DNA of 64,000 nucleotides from an uncultured Gammaproteobacteria bacterium (lineage in GTDB: Bacteria > Patescibacteriota > Patescibacteriia > SBBC01 > CAIJZX01), in the NCBI GenBank assembly GCA_964383765.1, contig CAYLHT010000002.1, positions 62,774-126,773 of the forward strand, written 5' to 3'. Below, piece by piece: positions 38,798 through 47,951 of the stretch. The notes under the pieces are model-generated. The model saw nothing but the letters and a program-made list of their open reading frames with translations. It did not search any database and was not told the origin of the DNA. The stretch's first letter is position 1, and each line of letters opens with the position of its first letter. Made by a program: the position numbers and the translations under genes.

Positions 38798-38937
38798 ATG
38801 ATCCCGTTAGAGGTTCGGCTTGAAATCGATGTCTCGACAACGCCTCAAGCCATGCCCGGAGGATAAGTACGGTGTTCAGTCATGCCGGCGGGGTACGCGC
38901 AAGCTTTGATCATCAGTCTGAACCTCTAACGGGATGA
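38798..38937. mobile_element. Hairpin element with ATCCCGTTAGAG...CTCTAACGGGAT inverted ends, flanked by duplicated ATGA, at the nrdR start
   Basis: 16-bp perfect inverted repeat 38801-38816 / 38920-38935; ATGA at 38798 and 38934. Confidence 0.7.
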
Positions 38938-39407
38938 AGTGTCCATCTTGTCATCATGCCGAAACTAGCGTCACGGACTCGCGCGTGACCGATGAAGGCT
39001 TGGCCATTCGCCGTCGCCGCGAATGCGATCGTTGCGGTTACCGTTTTTCGACGGTTGAGGAGGTTGAAATCCTCAACTTGACGGTTATCAAGCGCGACGG
39101 CCGGCGCGAACCCTACCATCGCGAGAAATTGGAGTCCGGGTTGCACAAGGCCATGGAAAAACGACCGATCACTGCTCAAGCTTTCAAGAAGTTGGTCGGT
39201 CAAATCGAACGCGATATCCAAGTTCGTGGTCGGACCGAGATCACCTCGCAACAAATTGGCGAGATTATCATGAAACGGCTGCAACGCGTCGATCAAGTCG
39301 CCTACATTCGCTTCGCCTCAGTCTATCGCCAGTTCCAAGACGTCCAATCCTTCCAACGCGAGCTCAGCCGAATGGCCAAAGGCCGCTCCAGCAAGTCGAA
39401 AACCTAA
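38934..39407 (+). CDS. nrdR: Transcriptional repressor NrdR
   Basis: MKCPSC, DSR, IRRRREC..C..RFSTVE, ATP cone, [11 protein letters not shown]. Confidence 0.98.
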   Translation: MKCPSCHHAETSVTDSRVTDEGLAIRRRRECDRCGYRFSTVEEVEILNLTVIKRDGRREPYHREKLESGLHKAMEKRPITAQAFKKLVGQIERDIQVRGRTEITSQQIGEIIMKRLQRVDQVAYIRFASVYRQFQDVQSFQRELSRMAKGRSSKSKT

Positions 39408-39438
39408 CCTCTTCTTCATTCACTCATCTTCCGGTCCC

Positions 39439-42400
39439 ATGCCCGAGACGACGACTACCTCTGAACGCTTGCGCCAAAGCGCGGCGATTGTTGATCAACC
39501 GGTTGCAGTAGTTCCGAAGCGTCGCGGACCTGGCATGAAAATCCAGCGAGTGTTCACCATGGCCGGGCAAGATCCGCTCGAGCAGCTCCAGTATGAGAAC
39601 CGCTCGTCGGTCATCAAGAATCCGGATGGAACGGTGGTGAAAGAGATTAAAGAGGTGGAAGTGCCGGTCACCTGGAGCCAGGTTGCAACCGACATTTTAG
39701 CGCAGAAGTACTTCCGCAAGGCCGGTGTGCCGCAAACCCATCCTGACGGCCGGCCGATTCTCGGGACCGATGGTCGGCAAGTACTTGGTTCAGAACGCAG
39801 CGCTAAACAAGTTATCCGACGCTTAGCCGGCACGTGGCGCTGGTGGGGGCAAGAGCATGGCTACTTCTTCTCGCCTGATGATGCGCAAGCCTATCAAGAT
39901 GAAATGGAGCACATGCTCATTCGCCAAATGGGCGCTCCGAACTCGCCGCAGTGGTTCAACACGGGCTTGCAGTGGGCCTACAACATCACCGGTAGTCCGC
40001 AAGGCCACTTTTTCGTTGACCCGCAAACTGGCGTCTTGAAAGCTTCCACCGACGCCTACACGCACCCGCAACCGCACGCCTGCTTCATCCAGAAAATTAA
40101 CGATGACTTGGTGAATGAGGGTGGAATTTTTGACTTGGTCACTCGCGAGGCGCGCTTGTTCAAATTCGGATCCGGCACCGGCTCGAATTTTTCAAATTTG
40201 CGCGGCCGCGGTGAAAAACTGTCGGGCGGCGGCGGGAGTTCCGGCTTAATGTCCTTCCTGCGAATTTTTGATCGCAGCGCTGGCGCGATTCAATCCGGCG
40301 GGACGACGCGTCGAGCGGCAAAAATGGTGGTGGTCGATGTTGATCATCCGGACGTCGAAGAATTTATTGATTGGAAAGTTCAGGAAGAACAGAAAGTCGC
40401 GGACCTGGTCGCCGGCAGCAAAATCAATTCGGTTGAACTCAACCGAATTATGGAAACGGCCGTAACGGAGAATACCATCGACTACCACAAAAATGTTCGA
40501 CTCGGTCAAACGGTTCGACATGCACTGCAAAGACACGTGCCGCTCAACTACATCATGCGGGCATTAGCCTTGGTTGAGCAGGGTCATGATCAGCTCGATT
40601 TCCCGAGCTTCACTACGCACTTTGAAGGGGAAGCCTACCAAACGGTCTCCGGTCAAAACTCAAATAATACTGTTCGCGTCACCAATGCCTATATGGATTC
40701 CGTTGAACGCGATCAGCCGTGGAATCTGCTGTGGCGCACCACTCGTGATGTGGCCAAAACCATTCCGGCCCGACGGGTCTGGGAAGAAATCGCGTACGCG
40801 GCTTGGGCCTGCGCAGATCCGGGCTTGCAATTTGACACCACGATCAACGAATGGCATACCTGTCCCGAGGACGGCCGGATCAATGGTTCGAACCCGTGTT
40901 CGGAGTATATGTTCTTGGACGATACGGCTTGCAACCTAGCCTCGATTAATTTAGCGCACTTCTATAATGCTGACACCGGGACGTTCAACGTCGAAGCCTA
41001 CAAGCATGCCACCCGGCTGTGGACGATCACCTTGGAAATTTCGGTGTTGATGGCCCAGTTCCCCGGAAAAGAAATTGCGCGGCTGTCCTACATTTTCCGA
41101 ACGCTTGGCCTTGGATACGCCAACCTCGGCACGATTTTGATGATGATGGGCGTACCGTACGACTCGCCCCAAGCTTTAGCGATTGCCGGTAGCTTGACCG
41201 CCATCATGTGTGGCGAATCCTACGCCGCCTCGGCGGAAATGGCCTCACACCTCGGGGCGTTCCCCGGGTACGATCGCAATAAAGAACACATGCTGCGGGT
41301 GATTCGCAATCATCGTCGCGCGGCCTACAACGCCCCGGCGAGTGAGTATGAGGGCCTGACCATTCTGCCGATGGGGATTGATCCGAAATCGGCGCCGGAG
41401 TATCTGGTCAAGGCCGGTCGCGACGCCTGGGACAAAGCCGTCCAGTGGGGGAATGAATACGGTTTCCGCAATGCCCAAGTCACGGTCATCGCTCCGACGG
41501 GCACGATCGGGTTACTGATGGACTGCGACACGACGGGTGTTGAACCGGACTTCGCGATTGTGAAATTCAAAAAACTGGCCGGCGGCGGTTACTTCAAAAT
41601 TGTGAACTCGTCTGTCCCGAAAGCGTTGAAGCGCTTAGGCTATGCCGATCAGCAGATCAAAGAAATTGAGCAATACTGCAAAGGCTCGGGCAGCTTGATT
41701 GGCGCGCCGCATGTGAATCATGAGACGTTGAAAGCTAAAGGCTTAACCGGTGAAGACCTAGCCAAGATCGAATTAGCCCTCGACGGTGCGTTCGATATTC
41801 GTTTCGTCTTCAACCGGGCCACCCTCGGTGACGATATGCTGGTGCGGATGGGGCTAGAAAAGCACATGGAGAACCCGGCCCTGAACGTTCTGGAAGCACT
41901 TGGATTCACTAAAGATCAGATTACGTTAGCGAATGAATACGTCGTCGGCACGATGACGATCGAAGGCGCGCCGCACCTGAAAGAAGAACACTACCCGATC
42001 TTTGATTGCGCCAACACGTGCGGCGTCAAAGGTAAGCGCTACATTGCCTATCCGGCGCACGTCAAAATGCTGGCGGCGACCCAACCATTCATCTCCGGCT
42101 CGATCTCAAAAACCATCAACATGCCGTCCTCGGCCACGATTGAAGAAGTCAAACAGGTGTACTGGGATTCATGGAAAATGATGCTCAAGGCTGTGGCCCT
42201 GTACCGAGATGGGTCAAAGTTGTCACAGCCACTCAACAGCGTCTCCGAAGATGATGAGATCGCGGCCTTGGGCGCGGCTGATGATGACGTGACCGAGGTC
42301 ACACCTAAGGTTGTGAACGATGCCGCGGCGATTCGTGCGGTCAAACAAAAACTTCCGCCGAAGCGCGTCGGCTGGACACAGGAAGCGATTGTCGGCGGCC

Positions 42401-42945
42401 ACAAAGTCTTCATCCGCACCGGCGAATATAACGACGGTCGCTTGGGCGAAGTCTTTATCGATATGTACAAAGACGGAGCCGCCTACCGCTCGCTGATCAA
42501 CTGCTTCGCGATTCTGGTCTCAAAGAGTTTACAGTACGGCATGCCGCTGGAAGAACTGGTTGACACGTTCACCTTCACGCGTTTTGATCCGGCCGGCCCA
42601 GTCATTGGTCATCCCAACATCAAGATGGCGACGTCAATTCTGGACTACATTTTCCGATTGCTCGGCTACGAGTACTTGAACCGCGACGACCTCGTTCAGG
42701 TCAAACCAAACACATCGGAACAACCTGTCCAAGCCCAACTTCCAGGCACTGCGGTGATTGAAAAACCGAAAAACGTAGCCGCCACGGCCATCTCCATGTC
42801 CCCGGCGCCGGACAACTCTTTGGCTGTCGCCAAGGCTCAAGGCTTTACCGGCGACACCTGTGGCAATTGCGGTTCGATGAAAATGAAGCGCAATGGGTCG
42901 TGCATGTTGTGCATTGAGTGCGGGACGACCACGGGGTGCTCGTGA
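39439..42945 (+). CDS. nrdJ: Adenosylcobalamin-dependent (class II) ribonucleotide reductase
   Basis: [45 protein letters not shown]-terminal TSCPD-like domain and CxxC...CxxC ribbon. Confidence 0.97.
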   Translation: MPETTTTSERLRQSAAIVDQPVAVVPKRRGPGMKIQRVFTMAGQDPLEQLQYENRSSVIKNPDGTVVKEIKEVEVPVTWSQVATDILAQKYFRKAGVPQTHPDGRPILGTDGRQVLGSERSAKQVIRRLAGTWRWWGQEHGYFFSPDDAQAYQDEMEHMLIRQMGAPNSPQWFNTGLQWAYNITGSPQGHFFVDPQTGVLKASTDAYTHPQPHACFIQKINDDLVNEGGIFDLVTREARLFKFGSGTGSNFSNLRGRGEKLSGGGGSSGLMSFLRIFDRSAGAIQSGGTTRRAAKMVVVDVDHPDVEEFIDWKVQEEQKVADLVAGSKINSVELNRIMETAVTENTIDYHKNVRLGQTVRHALQRHVPLNYIMRALALVEQGHDQLDFPSFTTHFEGEAYQTVSGQNSNNTVRVTNAYMDSVERDQPWNLLWRTTRDVAKTIPARRVWEEIAYAAWACADPGLQFDTTINEWHTCPEDGRINGSNPCSEYMFLDDTACNLASINLAHFYNADTGTFNVEAYKHATRLWTITLEISVLMAQFPGKEIARLSYIFRTLGLGYANLGTILMMMGVPYDSPQALAIAGSLTAIMCGESYAASAEMASHLGAFPGYDRNKEHMLRVIRNHRRAAYNAPASEYEGLTILPMGIDPKSAPEYLVKAGRDAWDKAVQWGNEYGFRNAQVTVIAPTGTIGLLMDCDTTGVEPDFAIVKFKKLAGGGYFKIVNSSVPKALKRLGYADQQIKEIEQYCKGSGSLIGAPHVNHETLKAKGLTGEDLAKIELALDGAFDIRFVFNRATLGDDMLVRMGLEKHMENPALNVLEALGFTKDQITLANEYVVGTMTIEGAPHLKEEHYPIFDCANTCGVKGKRYIAYPAHVKMLAATQPFISGSISKTINMPSSATIEEVKQVYWDSWKMMLKAVALYRDGSKLSQPLNSVSEDDEIAALGAADDDVTEVTPKVVNDAAAIRAVKQKLPPKRVGWTQEAIVGGHKVFIRTGEYNDGRLGEVFIDMYKDGAAYRSLINCFAILVSKSLQYGMPLEELVDTFTFTRFDPAGPVIGHPNIKMATSILDYIFRLLGYEYLNRDDLVQVKPNTSEQPVQAQLPGTAVIEKPKNVAATAISMSPAPDNSLAVAKAQGFTGDTCGNCGSMKMKRNGSCMLCIECGTTTGCS

Positions 42946-42948
42946 AGA

Positions 42949-43040
42949 AGGTTAGAGGTAACAGGTTGTAGGTTTTAGGTCGGATGGTATACTGAACCTC
43001 AACCCTTTCACCTATAACCTTTAACCTAAATCCTATTCCT
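42949..43040. repeat. Inverted arrays of imperfect heptamers (AGGT-N3 x5 / ACCT-N3 x6) flanking an extended -10 box
   Basis: aggttag aggtaac aggttgt aggtttt aggt ... TGGTATACT ... acctcaa ccctttc acctata accttta acctaaa tcctatt. Confidence 0.75.
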
Positions 43041-43412
43041 ATGCCCGATCCAAAACCATCCGCCGCCGATAAAATCAAGGCTGAAGCCAAGAAAGCCGGC
43101 GCCGAAGTCAAACAAGAATTGAATAAAATTCCCTCGACTTCCGACCAGAATATGCTGGCGGCCTTGTCGTATGTGTGGTGGTTATCGATTGTCTTGTTGC
43201 TGATCAAACGCAACGACGAGTACGTTCATTTCCACGCTAAGCAAGCCGTGATTCTGACCTTCTTGACCATTTTCTGGTGGATCCCAATCCTCGGACAGCT
43301 GTTGTTCGTCCTCGCCATTATCGGGATGATCGTCGGCTTCATTCAAGCCTGGCAGGGGAAACGGTATCAGCTGCCCGTGGTGTACGGCTGGAGTCAGAAG
43401 ATACATTTCTAA
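43041..43412 (+). CDS. DUF4870-like small membrane protein
   Basis: LAALSY, YVHFHAKQA, AWQGKRYQLPV. Confidence 0.85.
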   Translation: MPDPKPSAADKIKAEAKKAGAEVKQELNKIPSTSDQNMLAALSYVWWLSIVLLLIKRNDEYVHFHAKQAVILTFLTIFWWIPILGQLLFVLAIIGMIVGFIQAWQGKRYQLPVVYGWSQKIHF

Positions 43413-43414
43413 TT

Positions 43415-43501
43415 TGTCATTTCGACGAGCCTGCGAGGAGAAATCTGCGCGGCAGAATTCAGCAACATAGATTTCTCACCCGCCGCGGGTTCGAAATGAC
43501 A
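43415..43501. repeat. Palindromic element TGTCATTTCGA...TCGAAATGACA, copy 1
   Basis: 11-bp terminal inverted repeat plus internal GAGAAATCT/AGATTTCTC; related copies at 52557 and 60801. Confidence 0.8.
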
Positions 43502-43508
43502 GAAGTCT

Positions 43509-44081
43509 ATGCGTCGCGCGCCAACCAAACTTCGTCCCGCTGATCGCGGCCTAACCCACGCCTACATCGGCGATGGCAAGGGTAAAACCACGGCCGCGGT
43601 CGGTACGGCGGTGCGGGCGGCTGGCTACGGTTGGAAAGTTTTGTATTTGCAATTCATGAAAGAACCGAAGTGGCCAAGCGGGGAGCGGGAGAGTCTGAGA
43701 AAACTTGGTATCGACGTTGATGTTCTCGGACAAGGCTGGTATAAAATTTTGAACGATAAGAAATCTGAACGCGAGCATAAAGAAGCAGCTTTGGGCGCAC
43801 TGAAAACCTTACGCGAAAAAATATTTTCCGGACAGTATCAACTCGTGGTAGCTGACGAACTGGGTTCAGCAGTGGAGGAGAAAATTTTGGATCGTAAACC
43901 CGTCGAGAAAATGCTCAAGGATCGACAGTCAAATGACCGCGCGAAGATAGTTCATCTGATTTGGACTGGCCACAAAAAAATCGGGTGGATGTTGAAGTAC
44001 GCGGATTTAGTGACGGAGATGAAGATGGTGAAACATCCGTATTACAAAGGGATTATTGCCACCCGAGGGTTAGATTACTGA
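43509..44081 (+). CDS. btuR: Cob(I)alamin adenosyltransferase (CobA/CobO/BtuR family)
   Basis: YIGDGKGKTTAAVG, QFMK, ADLVTEMKMVKHPY, RGLDY. Confidence 0.93.
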   Translation: MRRAPTKLRPADRGLTHAYIGDGKGKTTAAVGTAVRAAGYGWKVLYLQFMKEPKWPSGERESLRKLGIDVDVLGQGWYKILNDKKSEREHKEAALGALKTLREKIFSGQYQLVVADELGSAVEEKILDRKPVEKMLKDRQSNDRAKIVHLIWTGHKKIGWMLKYADLVTEMKMVKHPYYKGIIATRGLDY

Positions 44082-44902
44082 GCTGGCGCCGGTGGCGGAA
44101 CTGAAATCGATGTCTTGGCCTGGTCGGCCTGAAGTTTTTTGTGGATCGGCCAATACAGCAGAAGCATAATTCCCAAAATAATTGCGGTCCAGCTCGTTTT
44201 ACTGAGTGAGCCGATCGTCAGAACCATCAAGACGTAGAGAATTTTATGGACCCGTGTCGAAGTCATGATAATTTCCCAAAGAATCCAAACCGCAATCGCT
44301 ACATCGACGCCTGCTAGAATACTACCGAACGCACCGAGCGGCTTGGCCTTGTCAACCAAACCTTGTGCAGTTGCCAGTAATACGAGCAATGTCGCGAGGA
44401 CATACACTGACACAAAGAAAATATTAATGCCCCACAACCACTTGGTGTGATGGTCGGTTAATGCCACTCGGCGGCGATGGCGGACGCTTTCAGTTTCAAA
44501 ATGGGAAGCCGGTGACCAATACAGGAAGCGACCTTTCCAGGCGTACTGAATCAGACCAGCATATAGGATACATTCAAACAAAAATCCGAAGAGAGTATCA
44601 GTTGTCCAAAATGGTTTCCCATCAATTCGTGGTGAAAGAACGTTCAGGAAAATATCAACAATCGGAAATGCGACGGCATAGATTTTCCAGCCACGATCAC
44701 TCAGCCACCGGCGTCGGAACGCGATCAAGACTAACACGACATAGGAAGGAATTGAGACGAACACATTGGTCCAATCACTCCAATTGAGGTCTGTGTATGA
44801 AGCTGGGTTAAGGACATCGATCAAATACAAAACCGAAAAAATAATCCACGGCCAAGAGATTTTTTTGAACCAGCGGGTCGAGGGCAGCTGAGTATTCTCC
44901 AT
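44075..44902 (-). CDS. Hypothetical multi-pass membrane protein
   Basis: Multiple TM helices from MENTQ onward. Extended -10 TGGTATACT lies 6 nt before this ATG; the longer ORF extension runs through the riboswitch. Confidence 0.72.
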   Translation of the reverse strand: MENTQLPSTRWFKKISWPWIIFSVLYLIDVLNPASYTDLNWSDWTNVFVSIPSYVVLVLIAFRRRWLSDRGWKIYAVAFPIVDIFLNVLSPRIDGKPFWTTDTLFGFLFECILYAGLIQYAWKGRFLYWSPASHFETESVRHRRRVALTDHHTKWLWGINIFFVSVYVLATLLVLLATAQGLVDKAKPLGAFGSILAGVDVAIAVWILWEIIMTSTRVHKILYVLMVLTIGSLSKTSWTAIILGIMLLLYWPIHKKLQADQAKTSISVPPPAPAQ

Positions 44903-44936
44903 ACACTCAGTATACCATGGGTTCGTTGGAGCGACG

Positions 44937-44965
44937 TTGACGACCTCAATCGGGTCACGTACACT
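44937..44965 (+). promoter_or_regulatory. Promoter for the riboswitch-controlled operon
   Basis: TTGACG (44937-44942), 17 bp, TACACT (44960-44965). Confidence 0.7.
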
Positions 44966-44971
44966 ATCCAC

Positions 44972-45112
44972 AAGGTAACCCGGCGCAATTCCGGGAGGGT
45001 CCCGCCACCGTGACCTCACCCTAGCCCTCTCCTCAGGAGAGGAGAGGGGAGGAACTCGGACACCGTCTCCGCCTCGTCCGCGGAGTAAAGACAAGACCTT
45101 CGTGGAAAGGCT
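44972..45112 (+). ncRNA. Cobalamin riboswitch (compact variant)
   Basis: AAGGTAA-CCCGG-CGCAATT-CCGGG-AGGGTCCCGCCACCGTGA...CTCGGACACC matches the B12-element core. Hairpin CCTT-CGTGGA-AAGG (45097-45110) could kiss L5 TCCCG. B12-related gene context. Confidence 0.8.
45014..45049. repeat. CCTCACCCT..CCTCTCC..GGAGAGG palindromic repeat, copy 1 (inside the riboswitch)
   Basis: Similar to 50700-50731. Confidence 0.65.
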
Positions 45113-45174
45113 GGCATTCTCAGAATGCCTGCTGTTCTACGACGGCAGGGGATTTATTCATTAGCTTCACTCTT

Positions 45175-45588
45175 ATGAAGCTCCGCAAAATCCTGCTGCC
45201 CGCCCGCGCCAAGCGCCTGTGGCGGTTGGGCGGACCCGTCGTCCTGAGCCTGGTCGTGCTCGGCGCCGGTTGCAGCCTAATGCAAACTATTAACGTCAAC
45301 GGATCGGCCGGGAATACCAACACCGCAGTCAACGCCAGCGCCAACGCGAACATCAGCGCGTCAATTACCTACAGTGGACAAGCCGGCAAAAATGCTCTAG
45401 AGTTACTCACCGCCAGTCATAAGGTCGACACGTCCGCACAGGGCTTTGTCAACGCCATTGATAGCATCAAGCCGGGCGACCACCAGTACTGGGCCTTCTA
45501 CATCAACGGTAAATTATCCGATGTCGGTGCGAAAGACTACCAAACGAAAACCACAGACGCGATCGAGTGGAAACTCGAAAGCTTCTAG
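45175..45588 (+). CDS. DUF4430 / transcobalamin-C-terminal-like protein with lipobox-like signal (putative B12 binder)
   Basis: LGAGC; NALELL, FVNAIDSI, YWAFYINGKLSDVGAKDY, DAIEW. Confidence 0.85.
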   Translation: MKLRKILLPARAKRLWRLGGPVVLSLVVLGAGCSLMQTINVNGSAGNTNTAVNASANANISASITYSGQAGKNALELLTASHKVDTSAQGFVNAIDSIKPGDHQYWAFYINGKLSDVGAKDYQTKTTDAIEWKLESF

Positions 45589-45682
45589 GGCTGGAAAAAC
45601 GGGCGCCGCGCGCAGAGCGCGCGGCGCCCACAAGCCAATCCGTCGCTCAGTCCGGCTAACGGTTCAACGCGGATCACGGGCT

Positions 45683-46258
45683 GTGCCGATTGCACAAGCT
45701 CTCAGCAGCTTAGTGCCGGCAGTGCACCACCACGAAACCGTGACCGCCGAAGCCGTTCATCAACTCCCGACGTCGGTCGGATGGACGCCGATGGTGGAGA
45801 ATCCACCCCGACCAACAGTCCAATTGAGCCAACCGCGGGCTTGGCAAATTTCTTGGATTGGGGCCGCGGTCGCTGTGGCTAGTCTGATGGTGATTTCCGT
45901 GGCGGTCGCCGGATGGTACCAGTCACCGCAGTCAACGACCCAAGGACACATTTTGGGTGTTTCAGCTACGCAACCACTGCAGGTCACCGTCACCGTCTCT
46001 GCGCCATTCTCACACGCTAGCGCCACGACTATTCTGTCGACGGGCACGTTGACCGAAGCACTGGCGCGAGCCGCCTCGGCTCTCAACTCATCACTCGGGT
46101 ACACCAGTCGCGGTTCGTCGATCTACCTAACGAGTTTTCTTGAGACTTCGAATAGTCCAGCTGGGCATTGGGGGATTGCCGTCAACGGGGCACCGGTGAC
46201 CGACTTGAGTCTAGTCACCCTGAATCAAGGTGACCAGGTGACGGCTACTTGGCAATGA
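45683..46258 (+). CDS. Membrane-anchored divergent DUF4430-like protein (start uncertain)
   Basis: TM helix; YLTSF...HWGIAVNG...LNQGDQVTATW parallels the preceding protein. Confidence 0.65.
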   Translation: MPIAQALSSLVPAVHHHETVTAEAVHQLPTSVGWTPMVENPPRPTVQLSQPRAWQISWIGAAVAVASLMVISVAVAGWYQSPQSTTQGHILGVSATQPLQVTVTVSAPFSHASATTILSTGTLTEALARAASALNSSLGYTSRGSSIYLTSFLETSNSPAGHWGIAVNGAPVTDLSLVTLNQGDQVTATWQ

Positions 46259-46434
46259 TCCCGTTAGAGACTGTTCCAGCTGGTGGTCGCCAACTCAATG
46301 ACCAAACGAGTCCATTTACAAATTCACCTGTGTTTTCAGCCAACTACTCATCAGTCGCAACCTACGGTGGTCGTGAGTCATGCCCATGTTGTATGTTCAG
46401 CTTCTATTCATTCGAGCAATCTCTAACGGGATGA
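46255..46434. mobile_element. Second ATCCCGTTAGAG...CTCTAACGGGAT hairpin element, flanked by duplicated ATGA
   Basis: 13-bp perfect inverted repeat 46258-46270 / 46420-46432; ATGA at 46255 and 46431. Confidence 0.7.
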
Positions 46435-46982
46435 AAATAATTTCTGCCCTGACCTGGTACGCCCTGGGACTGATTGTGATTGGGGCTGGATTACGTGTAG
46501 TTCGGCATTTTGGTTACCTGCCCTTGCCCCCAAACGTGGCACCGGTCAGCGCGCTGGCGATGTTCAGCGCTATTGGTTTGCCGCGGCGATATGCCTTTGT
46601 GGTACCGCTGGGATTAATGCTGGTAGCCGACATGGTCATCGGTTTTGATCTGCTACCTATCACCCTGAGCATTTACGCTTGCTTTGCCGTTAGTTACTTG
46701 ATTGGCCGTTGGATCAATCGACAGTTCAGCGTCACTCGTTTGGTGATCGGAACGTTGACTGGTTCAATTATTTTTTTTCTGGTCACCAACGCCGCGGTTT
46801 GGGCGTTCAGTTCGATTTATGTGCAGACTGGGACTGGACTACTGCAGGCATATATTGCCGGCCTGCCGTTTTTCCGCAACACGGTGCTCGGCGACCTCGG
46901 CTACACCGGCCTGTTCTTTGGCCTGTACCAGTTAGCCGTGGTATACTCTCGTCGACGGGCACCCGTCGCCGTGCATGACTGA
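46431..46982 (+). CDS. DUF6580-like putative transporter (ECF S-component-like), probable cobalamin uptake
   Basis: PPNVAPVSALAMF, SIIFFLVTNAAVW, YIAGLPFFRNTVLGDL; about 6 TM helices; downstream of the B12 riboswitch. Confidence 0.82.
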   Translation: MKIISALTWYALGLIVIGAGLRVVRHFGYLPLPPNVAPVSALAMFSAIGLPRRYAFVVPLGLMLVADMVIGFDLLPITLSIYACFAVSYLIGRWINRQFSVTRLVIGTLTGSIIFFLVTNAAVWAFSSIYVQTGTGLLQAYIAGLPFFRNTVLGDLGYTGLFFGLYQLAVVYSRRRAPVAVHD

Positions 46983-47865
46983 ATTTAAGCGCTATCAACC
47001 TCGTCGCAGTGCGCCGGCCTTTCCCTGGCGGAAATGGCTGGTGTGGGCGGTGATTGTCGTCGTCCTATTTCTGATTGGCAAGGCCATCTTTAGTCACGGC
47101 GGATCAAAGAAGCGAGCGACCACGAATAGGAACCAAGTCGACATTGCGTTGGTCAACGACAACACGAACGCCTCAGACCTACCACTCAACGGCAACAGCA
47201 ATGCCAACACCAATAGCGCACCGGTCGTGAGCGAGTCATGGGCGAATTTTTCGGTCAGCAGTTGCAGCGGAACAATCGGGACGGTGACGACCACCAAGAA
47301 GTATGTGGCTTTGACCTTTGATTTGGCGGCCGCCAACGATCAAGCCAAGCAGCTCATCGGTTACTTACAGCAACAGAAAATCCCGGCTAGCTTCTTCAGT
47401 AGTGGCAGCTTCGCCGACACCAACGCGGACTTCGTGAAATCAGTCGCCAGCTCAGGGTTCTCAGTCTACAGCCGCGGACAAAAAACCGTGGACATGACGA
47501 CGCTGGCTAAAGCCGAGGTGGTGACATCCCTAACCTCGGCTGAAGAGAACATTAGCGCCGCCACGGGTCAAACGACTAAACCTTTGTTCCGACCGCCGTT
47601 TGGCAACACCAGTACTGATTTGGTGGCTACTGCCAAAGAACAAGGCTACTGCGCGATCACCTGGACGGTGGATGGACTCGACTGGAAAGATGGGGTGACG
47701 GCTGACCAGGTCAATCAGCGGGTGGCTGACAAACTTCAAGCCGGCGCAGTGATTGACTTGCACGCCGGGTACGACGTTACCCAAACGGCAGTCACCATGA
47801 TTGTGGCCAAGCTCAAAACGCTCGGCTACACGCCGGTCAGTTTGGCCACCTTATTACAATCGTAA
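46975..47865 (+). CDS. Membrane-anchored polysaccharide deacetylase (NodB-like) with degenerate active site
   Basis: VALTFD, PASFF, LFRPPFG, WTVDGLDW, GAVIDLH. Confidence 0.85.
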   Translation: MTEFKRYQPRRSAPAFPWRKWLVWAVIVVVLFLIGKAIFSHGGSKKRATTNRNQVDIALVNDNTNASDLPLNGNSNANTNSAPVVSESWANFSVSSCSGTIGTVTTTKKYVALTFDLAAANDQAKQLIGYLQQQKIPASFFSSGSFADTNADFVKSVASSGFSVYSRGQKTVDMTTLAKAEVVTSLTSAEENISAATGQTTKPLFRPPFGNTSTDLVATAKEQGYCAITWTVDGLDWKDGVTADQVNQRVADKLQAGAVIDLHAGYDVTQTAVTMIVAKLKTLGYTPVSLATLLQS

Positions 47866-47902
47866 GCCCAACGCAGCAGGCGGCGGCGTCAGAACCGCTG
47901 AT

Positions 47903-47938
47903 TTGACAGCTCAGCATTGCTACTACATACTGTAGTAG
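47903..47938 (+). promoter_or_regulatory. htrA promoter with overlapping perfect palindrome
   Basis: TTGACA, 17 bp, CATACT; CTACTACA-tac-TGTAGTAG (47920-47938). Confidence 0.6.
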
Positions 47939-47951
47939 AAAGGACCACACC

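Noticed and set aside
38798-38937. Possible 6S RNA or SRP RNA
   Set aside because: The terminal stem is shared with the element at 46255 while the interiors differ; SRP GGAA/AGCAG motifs are absent.
39439-42945. Intein in NrdJ
   Set aside because: No splice-junction (C...HN-C/S/T) or LAGLIDADG motifs recognised; length fits long-form NrdJ.
42949-43040. CRISPR array or iterons
   Set aside because: Units are 7 bp with no spacers, and there are no cas or rep genes.
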